Translations under genes and position numbers: made by a program
Virus record (IMG/VR): IMGVR_UViG_3300016472_000923
DNA: 64,000 nt
Source: a virus
Strand: one strand, 5' to 3'
In this document: positions 18,894-26,746 of the stretch, in pieces
Position numbering within the stretch: the first letter of the stretch is position 1
Layout of the letters: each line of letters opens with the position of its first letter
Notes under the pieces: generated by a model
Told to the model about the DNA's origin: nothing
Seen by the model: only the letters and a program-made list of their open reading frames with translations
Databases searched by the model: none

Positions 18894-19520
18894 CTAGATT
18901 TTGAGATCCTTGATGAGGCGTTTGACTTCCTCTTTCAAGTATCTCTGTACTTTGTTGTCCGATCCAGCTTCGCGTGCAATCTCCAGGGCACGATGACCAT
19001 AAGGCATGTTCATCAGACCTTCATAGATAGCTTTGGGATATGCGTTTGGTGCGCTGGGTTGGGCAACAACATCGACAGTGACGATTTCAAAGTCACTGAC
19101 ATGTCCGTTGGCCTCGTTAACGTTTCCGCTACCGCGGCTCGAAACTCCTAGCTTCACACCCGATTCCAGCATGGTTTTGACCAGCTGTCCCATGGGTGTG
19201 GGCAGTATCTTGAGTTTACCAAAACCATTAGGGCCATCCATCCACATTTCTGTGATCATATGGCTCACACGGTCAAGGTTTACTTTTAAGTCATCGGGGT
19301 GATCTACTTCGCCGAGCACTGAGTATCCAGAATTGATCTGCTCGTTCAGTGTTTTCACTGCACGCTCGATCTCATTCACAGGGTACACACGCTCGTTGGC
19401 GTTTTTTACACCGCCTTGGATGCAGATGCCCTTCATGTAGAGATTCTTACCTTCTTCGCTGCCTTCTACTACGATACGGGCAGCGTCGAAAGTAAGATTT
19501 TCTCTGAGGTAAAGAGCCAT
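18894..19520 (-). CDS. gp21: Prohead protease (T4 gp21, peptidase U9)
   Basis: KNANERVYP, LGEVDHP, GVSSRGSG, DVVAQPSAPNAY. Confidence 0.95.
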   Translation of the reverse strand: MALYLRENLTFDAARIVVEGSEEGKNLYMKGICIQGGVKNANERVYPVNEIERAVKTLNEQINSGYSVLGEVDHPDDLKVNLDRVSHMITEMWMDGPNGFGKLKILPTPMGQLVKTMLESGVKLGVSSRGSGNVNEANGHVSDFEIVTVDVVAQPSAPNAYPKAIYEGLMNMPYGHRALEIAREAGSDNKVQRYLKEEVKRLIKDLKI

Positions 19521-19533
19521 TTACCTGCGGTCC

Positions 19534-20349
19534 TTATTGCCCGGGCAGAGGCGATTTGGTGTTGACACCAGTGGCCTGAGCTAGATGCGGTTTGGTAGCG
19601 GGCTTGGGATCCTGCGTGCTTTGAGCAGGAGTATTGCCTACTTTGCCAATGGCATCTTTGGCTGTGGGCGCAGGACGACCTTGTGCTTCGCCGCCTTGAT
19701 CAAGATTGGTGGGCTTGGCTACAGCACCTTTGGCACCCGAGTCAACAGCGTAAACAGCTTTTTTATTGACACCGGCTTCTTCGGTCTTGACTGGAGCAGG
19801 AGCAGCTTTCAAGCTCACAGCTTCCATCATGCCTTCGGTTTCCATTTCATCGTCGACCACTTCTTCGGCATCCATGTCAGGCGTGTCCATGTCCATCTCA
19901 ACTTCGGTTTCCTCTTCGCCGCCTTCACCGCCCATCAGGGCTTCAAACTCGGCCATGAGTTCGTCTAATTTGTCTTCAAGGTCAACCACGCGGTCTTCCA
20001 GTTCAGCGTCGGCCATTTCTTCACCTTCGCCCTCTACTGCCATGCCTTCTTCTTCGACTTCAATGTCGTCAATGAGATCATCGGCTTGATCACCGCCCAT
20101 GGTTTCTTCCATGCCCATGTCGTGCATGCCCTCATCCATCTTGTCTTTCTTGTCATCGTACTCGATGTCTTTGGTGACTTTTTTGCCAGCTTCCTCGGCT
20201 TTTTCATCTTCGTCGTGAGTGGACTCTTCATCCATCATCTCTTCGTAGATCTGGCGGCTTTTCTCCACAACGATGTCGTGGAACAGCTCACGCGCCTTGG
20301 CTGTTTCGTCATTGATCACATATTCGATCAGTTGTTCAAATTTATTCAT
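19534..20349 (-). CDS. Acidic prohead core/internal protein
   Basis: Very D/E/M-rich; occupies the gp67/gp68 position; GGAGG RBS before ATG 20349. Confidence 0.65.
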   Translation of the reverse strand: MNKFEQLIEYVINDETAKARELFHDIVVEKSRQIYEEMMDEESTHDEDEKAEEAGKKVTKDIEYDDKKDKMDEGMHDMGMEETMGGDQADDLIDDIEVEEEGMAVEGEGEEMADAELEDRVVDLEDKLDELMAEFEALMGGEGGEEETEVEMDMDTPDMDAEEVVDDEMETEGMMEAVSLKAAPAPVKTEEAGVNKKAVYAVDSGAKGAVAKPTNLDQGGEAQGRPAPTAKDAIGKVGNTPAQSTQDPKPATKPHLAQATGVNTKSPLPGQ

Positions 20350-20461
20350 GAGACCCTCCAAAGTAATGGCTCTGTGAGATATTTAATATCTACAGATAAA
20401 ACTGGGGGTTTACACGGTAGAAAATAGCAGAAATGACAGATTTTTGACGGTAAGTCAAAAA

Positions 20462-20680
20462 TCACATCATGGGTTGTGCCGGAGGAGCGTACTGTTGTTG
20501 TACTCTCTTGATTTTTTCTCGGAATTCAAATGCACGAACGTCCTGCATCCTGCGCAGTTTGTTGATCTGCCGCAGGGTCAGTTTGGTCTTGCGCAGATCT
20601 CCAAGTTTGGGCTGGCTGTTATCTTGTGCCAGATCTTGATATGGTGTGCGAGCGTCTTCGTAAAGTTCGTTGAATATCAT
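20462..20680 (-). CDS. Small head-module protein (72 aa)
   Basis: DLRKTKLTLRQINKLR basic helix; between the portal and core genes; TAAATA 5 nt upstream. Confidence 0.7.
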   Translation of the reverse strand: MIFNELYEDARTPYQDLAQDNSQPKLGDLRKTKLTLRQINKLRRMQDVRAFEFREKIKRVQQQYAPPAQPMM

Positions 20681-20688
20681 GTTGATAT

Positions 20689-22515
20689 TTATGCTGGTGG
20701 CGGTGTCACGGGCTGGGAGACCACTGCTGCCCCAGGCTGTGATCCGGGTGCCGGAGCTGTGGTCGTGACTTCAGGCGGAGGTTCGGCTGCAGTGAAATTA
20801 GCCAGATCTTGGCCAGCAGCTATATCAGTTTCCATGCCTGCTGGGCTGATGCCCACGCCACGGAGATCCTGACCAGTGGCAGCCGGTGGTTCGGCTTTGG
20901 CACGCTCTTCATGCCAGAGTTTTTCGTTTTCTGCAATCTCATCTTCTGTGAGACCCAGATACCGGGCCAGCAAGAATCGTTTAGAAAGATAGGGTACCTG
21001 TTCCAACGCCGAAAAAGTATTCACACGAGTAGTATCCAACTCGGCTTCTCTATAACTGGCAAAATTCTGTGGCGGGTTGAATGTGATGTTGAACAGGCCA
21101 GCATCAATGTTGAATCCTCGCCAACGGAGGAACATCTTGAACTCGTCATCGAGTTTTTCGATGATCAGGCGCTGCAAACGCTCACAATATTGGTTGAAAC
21201 GATATTCTTGTATGAGAGCTGTGCCTACACGACCGTCGCTCAGTGGTCGATCCGAGTCGTCCGGTCCAGTGGGCAGATAAGAACTAGGCACACGGAGTCC
21301 ACGACACATCTTGTTGTTGAAGTACTTTAAGTCGTCAATCTCGCCAAGATTGGAGCCGCCCGGCAGGACTTCAACAGAGGAGCCGCGGCCATCGGCAGTC
21401 TGGGGGAAAAAGTAATCTTCGTTGATGCTGAGCGGATTGTAGCTGGCATCCATGATGTGATGTCCTTGGCCAGATCCGCCACCGTTGTGGCTGGGTATGC
21501 GCCGTTGATGTATCTCGTTTTTCACCCGCTCAACGAAACTCATGGCCATGTGGCTGGGCATGTTGCCCACATCAATCTTGAACATTCGCCGTTCTGGGGC
21601 CCGGGCTACACGATAAATCAGCACAGAATCTTCCAGCAGTTCTTTCTGTTTGAACACGCGGAATATGACTTCCAATATGCTCTGCCCAAATGGCCAATAG
21701 AAATCCAGGCCTTCGGTTAGACTGAGATGGACTATGTGTTTGGCGTCAATCACTGACTCATTCATGGCCGCTGCAAATCTGCTGAGTCCTGCGCCTTGCG
21801 ATCCAGAATTGGGCAAGGTATAATTGTAAGGTGCGAGATAGGCACCTGACGGCGGGTTCACATTGAAATCTGTGGTAGTTTTGGAGGCTACCGTGAGATT
21901 CTGGAAGTTGGGATTGATGTCGCGGATCACATACTGCTCAGGCCGTTTGCCCTCGCTTTCGTTTACAATCACGCGGGCGACCTTGGTCATATCCACCCAG
22001 TACATCTCAAATGTCTCAGGATCGCGCACGAAAACCTGGTCACCATATTTGATGGTATTGCGGAAGATCTTGAAGATGCGCTGGTCCAACTTGTTTAATT
22101 TCACCCATTGCTGCAGTTGCTTGCGGATGATCTCTACTTCGTTGTCGGTGGGAGTTTCTGTGTATTGGATGGCAAAAGGCACATTTTCGTTGGGCGTGGT
22201 CTGGGTGGAAAACTCTGAAATGATATCCAAACAGGCGTTGATCTCTGAATCCATGTCCATGGCTTCGTACTGATTGTAACGCTCGATGCGATTGGGATGA
22301 CCGATGTAGACTTCGGGCAATCGGCTGGCGTAATTGCGATAAACGATGTCAGCATGCCCGGCCAAAGGGTTGTTGCTGCCTGGGGGCGTGTCACGGCCGT
22401 CGTTGCGTCCGTAGCCCGGTAACCCATCTGAAGCATAGCCACTGAGTGGACTCATCTGTCCAGATGTGTTTGAGACTTTAAAGTATTTTTTCCAACCTTT
22501 TTGTGCTTCAGCCAT
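20689..22515 (-). CDS. gp20: Portal vertex protein (T4 gp20)
   Basis: LLEDSVLIYRVARAPERRMFKIDVGNMP, EDYFFP, LPGGSNLGEIDDLKYF, LRVPSS. Confidence 0.96.
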   Translation of the reverse strand: MAEAQKGWKKYFKVSNTSGQMSPLSGYASDGLPGYGRNDGRDTPPGSNNPLAGHADIVYRNYASRLPEVYIGHPNRIERYNQYEAMDMDSEINACLDIISEFSTQTTPNENVPFAIQYTETPTDNEVEIIRKQLQQWVKLNKLDQRIFKIFRNTIKYGDQVFVRDPETFEMYWVDMTKVARVIVNESEGKRPEQYVIRDINPNFQNLTVASKTTTDFNVNPPSGAYLAPYNYTLPNSGSQGAGLSRFAAAMNESVIDAKHIVHLSLTEGLDFYWPFGQSILEVIFRVFKQKELLEDSVLIYRVARAPERRMFKIDVGNMPSHMAMSFVERVKNEIHQRRIPSHNGGGSGQGHHIMDASYNPLSINEDYFFPQTADGRGSSVEVLPGGSNLGEIDDLKYFNNKMCRGLRVPSSYLPTGPDDSDRPLSDGRVGTALIQEYRFNQYCERLQRLIIEKLDDEFKMFLRWRGFNIDAGLFNITFNPPQNFASYREAELDTTRVNTFSALEQVPYLSKRFLLARYLGLTEDEIAENEKLWHEERAKAEPPAATGQDLRGVGISPAGMETDIAAGQDLANFTAAEPPPEVTTTAPAPGSQPGAAVVSQPVTPPPA

Positions 22516-22542
22516 GGGATATCCTCTATGGGATATTTACCG

Positions 22543-24735
22543 CTAATTGTTAGTTGCCTGGAGGATCTTGTTGCTGATCGAGTTTTGGTCGCGCATGGCC
22601 GCCACTAGACTTTCCAACGCAGAAAGTTGAGCACCCATCATGCTCAACTGTTCTCCCATGTTGTCAGTGAAGCCCGGAATATTCACCGGTATAGTCTTGC
22701 CGTCGGGCAAAGGAACCACGGCTTCAGTTCCGTGCAATGTAGCAGCATAACCTGATTTTGGACCAGCTGCTATGCCGCCGTCTTTCATGTATATGTGCGG
22801 TGGATCGTTGAATGCTCGGCCTGACTTGAATCCATGTTTGTCCAATAGACCTTGCGAGATGAGATAATCAGCTTGGCTGGTCTGGATGTCTAAAGCGCGA
22901 CCTTGTTGATGCAGACTACGGCCCGGAGCTGCTCGCGGATTGTTGCCCGAATTGACATTGGCTTGTTCTTCTGGCGAACGGAAAGCCGAATTTATCTGCA
23001 GCTTGTCTCCGGTCATGGACTTGTATTCCATGGCCATGTTCATGAATGCTGCTTTGACAGCAGGTTCCAACTTGTCAAAGTGTTCTCTGCTGCCGGTGTT
23101 GGTACCAAACTTTATCACATCTTCGGGCCTGGCCTGCCCAGCGGCTCCTGCGCCTTCAGCTCCAGGGCCACCACCTATCTGATAGCCCAGATAGCCCAGA
23201 TAGCCTCCCACTGCACCACCAATGGCTGTGCCTAATCCTGGAACGAATGATCCCAAGGCAGCACCTGCAGCAGCACCTGCTGCGGTAGAGGCCAAGCTGC
23301 CACCCATGGTACCTCGCCCACCTTTGCCGTAGCCCCCAGGTGCTGCACCCGAGGGTGCTGTGCCCGCAGGTGGTTTGATTCCCAATTCTTTGCTGATTTC
23401 CGCAGTGGCTTTGTTGAGCACACCGGTGAACGCATTCACAGCAGTAGAAGCAGCTGGCAGGGCCTGGAAAGCCATGTTGTTGAGATTGCGACCCATCTGC
23501 TCAAGAGATTTCTGCGCATCTACGGTCTTGTTGGTAAGATCGTCGGTGCCAGCCTGGGCTTCTTTCTGTGCCCGGGCCACTTTGATCGCGTTGTCTTCTA
23601 TGGTGGCTCTGGCAAAATCGCTGGCTTCGTTGTATTTGATGAATGTACCTGTGCCATCGCCCACGGCCTGGGCATATGTCCTTTGCACTTCAAGATTGTT
23701 GCGTATGGCCTGTTGCAGTTGTCGTGTGGCTTCGCCCTGATCAATCTGTCCGGCCTTCATGCGCTCGATGATGTTGGTTGCTTCGCCTCCGGTACTCTGG
23801 AACAGTTTGATCGCAGCTTCACTTTGGGTAAAGCCCGATGTAATATCTCTCACACCCTGTGCCATTTCGTTCAGACCTGCTCCGGCCAAGCGGCTCTGAA
23901 AGTCCAACAGAGCCTTGGCTGTTTTTTCGTCTAGGGTGTCCAAGGTAGCCCGGAACCGACCTTCGCTTAAGGCAGCATCCTGCTGTTTCTGCAGGGCTTC
24001 ACGACTGGTACCTGTGAGCCTGGCCAGTTGATCCAGTTCGTCTGCGTATTGTTTGCTGCCCTGGATCAGTTGTTGTTGTGTTTTGTTTTGGGCATAACCC
24101 AGCCGAGTCTGTTGTGTGATGTAGCCGGCTGTGGTCTCGCCGATCTCGTCAGCGGTAAATCCAATCCTGCGCAGCTGATCACCAAGGTCGCTGTCAATGA
24201 TGCCACCCACGATGCGGCTGAAATCTTCTGCACCAGATCCCACACTGCCACTGAATCGTGCCAGGGCCTGGGCATTGCTAGATACTGTGCGTTGGAATCC
24301 CTGCAGAGTCTGCCCAGATCTCAGGAACTGTTCTCTCAGTCCAGACATGCCTTGGGCTGTGAGTCCACCAATCTTGCTGACTTCCTGGAAGGCCGTGGTG
24401 GCTTCTTGTAGCTGCCCGATGAGGAATTTGCTGCCCTCGGCTACCAGTTTCAGCGCACCAGCTACAGCGTTACCGGCATAGGGTATGGCCTTGGCCATTT
24501 CTCCCAGCGCTCCAGTCACACCGTCGATGATGGGATTGAGTTGTTTGAAGTCCGTGGCGCCTTCGGCTAGATTCTTGGCGAATCCGCCCATGGTCTTGCT
24601 GAGATCCAGTCCGGCTTTTTTGAGACTCTCGCCGAATTCCGAAGTCCCGCGACCCAACTTGCGCAGTTCCTGATCAGTGAGATCTGCACCGGTACGCAGT
24701 TTTTCAAATAGTTGTTCTAGTTCTCGTTCGTCCAT
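22543..24735 (-). CDS. Tape-measure-like protein with glycine-zipper segment and C-terminal M15 (VanY-like) peptidase
   Basis: Long helical A/Q-rich body; GAAAGAALGSFVPGLGTAIGGAVGG; INSAFRS..EQ...SLHQQGRALDI...DPPH zinc peptidase motifs; LHGTEAVVPLP tail. Confidence 0.75.
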   Translation of the reverse strand: MDERELEQLFEKLRTGADLTDQELRKLGRGTSEFGESLKKAGLDLSKTMGGFAKNLAEGATDFKQLNPIIDGVTGALGEMAKAIPYAGNAVAGALKLVAEGSKFLIGQLQEATTAFQEVSKIGGLTAQGMSGLREQFLRSGQTLQGFQRTVSSNAQALARFSGSVGSGAEDFSRIVGGIIDSDLGDQLRRIGFTADEIGETTAGYITQQTRLGYAQNKTQQQLIQGSKQYADELDQLARLTGTSREALQKQQDAALSEGRFRATLDTLDEKTAKALLDFQSRLAGAGLNEMAQGVRDITSGFTQSEAAIKLFQSTGGEATNIIERMKAGQIDQGEATRQLQQAIRNNLEVQRTYAQAVGDGTGTFIKYNEASDFARATIEDNAIKVARAQKEAQAGTDDLTNKTVDAQKSLEQMGRNLNNMAFQALPAASTAVNAFTGVLNKATAEISKELGIKPPAGTAPSGAAPGGYGKGGRGTMGGSLASTAAGAAAGAALGSFVPGLGTAIGGAVGGYLGYLGYQIGGGPGAEGAGAAGQARPEDVIKFGTNTGSREHFDKLEPAVKAAFMNMAMEYKSMTGDKLQINSAFRSPEEQANVNSGNNPRAAPGRSLHQQGRALDIQTSQADYLISQGLLDKHGFKSGRAFNDPPHIYMKDGGIAAGPKSGYAATLHGTEAVVPLPDGKTIPVNIPGFTDNMGEQLSMMGAQLSALESLVAAMRDQNSISNKILQATNN

Positions 24736-24762
24736 GCTTTTTGATCAGTGCAAATCCTGGCC

Positions 24763-24785
24763 TATAAGTAAGTTATCTATTTATA
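24763..24785. promoter_or_regulatory. Paired late promoters for the divergent genes
   Basis: TATAAGTA (+, 24763-24770) and a perfect T4 consensus TATAAATA (-, 24785-24778). Confidence 0.65.
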
Positions 24786-24795
24786 TGGTGAAAAA

Positions 24796-25638
24796 ATGTC
24801 AAACAATCCCAACCCACTGAGCCAATTTTTCCGGCAGCCGGCCATCTATATCCGCTTGCCCAGCGCAGGTCGCAACTGGCCCGCTGGGTCCATCGACATG
24901 CCTGCCAACGGTGAAATACCTGTTTATCCCATGACAGCCATGGACGAGATCACTTACCGCACCCCTGATGCCCTGTTCAACGGCGAGGCCGTGACTTCTG
25001 TGGTGCAGAGTTGTGTGCCCAACATCCGCGACGCATGGAGCATCCCGGCCTGCGATCTTGACACCCTGCTGGTTTCGATCCGCATAGCCAGTTACGGCAA
25101 TAGCATGGACATTGACACAACTTGTCCTGCTTGCCAATCTGAAAGCCAGTATGGACTAGATCTACGATCAGTGATTGACAAGATCCGAGCCGATGACTAC
25201 ACCAAACCGTTGACCGTGGGTGATCTAACCATCTACTTGCGACCGTTGAATTACAAAGAAGTCACAGCCAACAGCATCCTGCAGTTTGAACAACAAAAAA
25301 CCGTGCAAGTGCTGTCTGATGCCAACACCCCCGACGAAAACAAAGTGCAACAGATCAATCGCATGATGAGATCCATGATGGAGGCCACAGTCAATGTGCT
25401 TAGCCAAAGCATCAGAGAGATACGCACGCCCACAGCCGTGGTCCAAGAACCCAGCCAGATTCTGGAATTCATGCAAAAATGTGATCGTGCCATGTTCAAT
25501 CAGATACGAGATCGAGTGATACAGATGCGGCAAGTCAGCGAGATACAACCATTGAAGATGCGTTGTATGAGTTGCCAACATGAATACGAGCAAGCATTCA
25601 CCTTGGACAATGCTCGTTTTTTCGTATCAGACTCCTGA
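24796..25638 (+). CDS. Baseplate hub assembly / tail assembly chaperone (gp26-like)
   Basis: IRLPSAG, PMTAMDEI, DLDTLLVSIRIASYG, CPAC and CMSC pairs, C-terminal FF. Confidence 0.7.
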   Translation: MSNNPNPLSQFFRQPAIYIRLPSAGRNWPAGSIDMPANGEIPVYPMTAMDEITYRTPDALFNGEAVTSVVQSCVPNIRDAWSIPACDLDTLLVSIRIASYGNSMDIDTTCPACQSESQYGLDLRSVIDKIRADDYTKPLTVGDLTIYLRPLNYKEVTANSILQFEQQKTVQVLSDANTPDENKVQQINRMMRSMMEATVNVLSQSIREIRTPTAVVQEPSQILEFMQKCDRAMFNQIRDRVIQMRQVSEIQPLKMRCMSCQHEYEQAFTLDNARFFVSDS

Positions 25639-25658
25639 TTTCCAACGAGCAACAGATC

Positions 25659-25853
25659 GTGGCCATGGTAGATGGCATGGATCAGGAGTCAAAAGAAATT
25701 CGCCGTGAAGCATTGAAATTTGTTTGGTACATGCGTGGCGGTTTGACTTACACCGAAGCCATGAATCTCAGCCACGGAGAACGAGAAATCGTTTCCGGAA
25801 TCATCAAAGAAAATCTTGAGACCACGAAGAAAAGCGGATTGCCTTTCTTCTAA
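25659..25853 (+). CDS. Small gp51-position protein; probably the C-terminal part of a -1 frameshift product
   Basis: WYMRGGLTYTEAMNLS..ER; the frame is open from 25584, through the slippery site; no clear RBS. Confidence 0.7.
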   Translation: MAMVDGMDQESKEIRREALKFVWYMRGGLTYTEAMNLSHGEREIVSGIIKENLETTKKSGLPFF

Positions 25854-26299
25854 GAGACTTGCTGCGCAAGTCTGTTGATTTCGCTTTGCTCATCAACTAG
25901 TGTTAACTCTGAGCGAAGCGAAAGATTCGTCATCATCCAGATAAAGCGGTCACACTTAGCCCGTTGCCGGGCTAAGAAAAATGTGCATCATCCGAGTATC
26001 ACAGTCACACAGCGTTAGAGCTACGGAACCAACTTGTTCCACGCAGGCGGTTGTCCGGTACCTGCTCACTCCGTCTTATCACAACGGCAACACACAGACC
26101 GTACGCTATCACGATCCACATGCCTGAGGTTTTTCTCCTCTCTTTTTGCCTTTTATCCTTTTCCAACAACCAAATCACAGGCCTTACAAGTGATCATCAT
26201 CCCGGGGGGTAGTGGTTGAGTGCCCACGGGTGCGGTGGGTCTTCCGTCACTGTGAACCGTGGTTCCAGATCTAGGGCGCACGAGTTTGGCCTGCGCTAG
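25854..26299 (-). ncRNA. Putative large structured non-coding RNA of unknown family
   Basis: Longest non-coding gap in the window; about nine hand-identified stems, GNRA and YNMG tetraloops, and a G-U-rich helix that forms only on the minus strand. Confidence 0.65.
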
Positions 26300-26736
26300 C
26301 CTTGACTACCTAGTTTGCCTTTGATGTGTGAGCCATGTACTCGAACCTGTATGTGACCATTGTAGTATTCGTCTGATTCCAGTACCTTGCGGGCGAATTG
26401 TTCACGAGCCTCTATATAACTGCATTCAGCCTTGCTTCGGCAGTAATACAATATCTCGCGTGTGAAATTCTCTGTGCCTAACTGCTTGACTTCTTTGTTC
26501 AACTCGTCGTTGCTGCCGTAGTATTCTTGCCAATCGCTGTCGATCTTGCTGCGTATCTTTTTTTTCTTTTTGGTGCCGTTTTTGAGTTTGACTGTTCGAT
26601 ATGTTGTTTTGCGGAACTTGCTGAGTTTCTTGCCTATGTATTTCTTGCCTGATATCTTATTCGTGATGAGATACACGAAGCCCACATACTCTTCGGGTAT
26701 TTCGGTGATCTCTTGTGATTCGAACAGCCATGTCAT
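26296..26736 (-). CDS. Minimal GIY-YIG family endonuclease (Seg-like catalytic domain only)
   Basis: GFVYLITN...KKYIGKK, YYGS, FTREIL, conserved Glu helix SYIEAREQ, YYN. Confidence 0.8.
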   Translation of the reverse strand: MTWLFESQEITEIPEEYVGFVYLITNKISGKKYIGKKLSKFRKTTYRTVKLKNGTKKKKKIRSKIDSDWQEYYGSNDELNKEVKQLGTENFTREILYYCRSKAECSYIEAREQFARKVLESDEYYNGHIQVRVHGSHIKGKLGSQG

Positions 26737-26746
26737 TCATTGATAG

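Noticed and set aside
26149-26212. Short resemblance to 23S rRNA (GGAUAAAAGG and CUACCCC..GGGAU)
   Set aside because: Very short matches in the reverse order relative to 23S; most likely chance
26034-26219. 61-aa plus-strand ORF in the putative ncRNA region
   Set aside because: TTG start, no SD, atypical composition; structure signals point to the minus strand
25854-26736. Group I or II intron carrying the GIY-YIG ORF
   Set aside because: No recognisable P7/R/S elements or domain V, and no interrupted host gene: gp46 is complete and the gene on the other side is convergent
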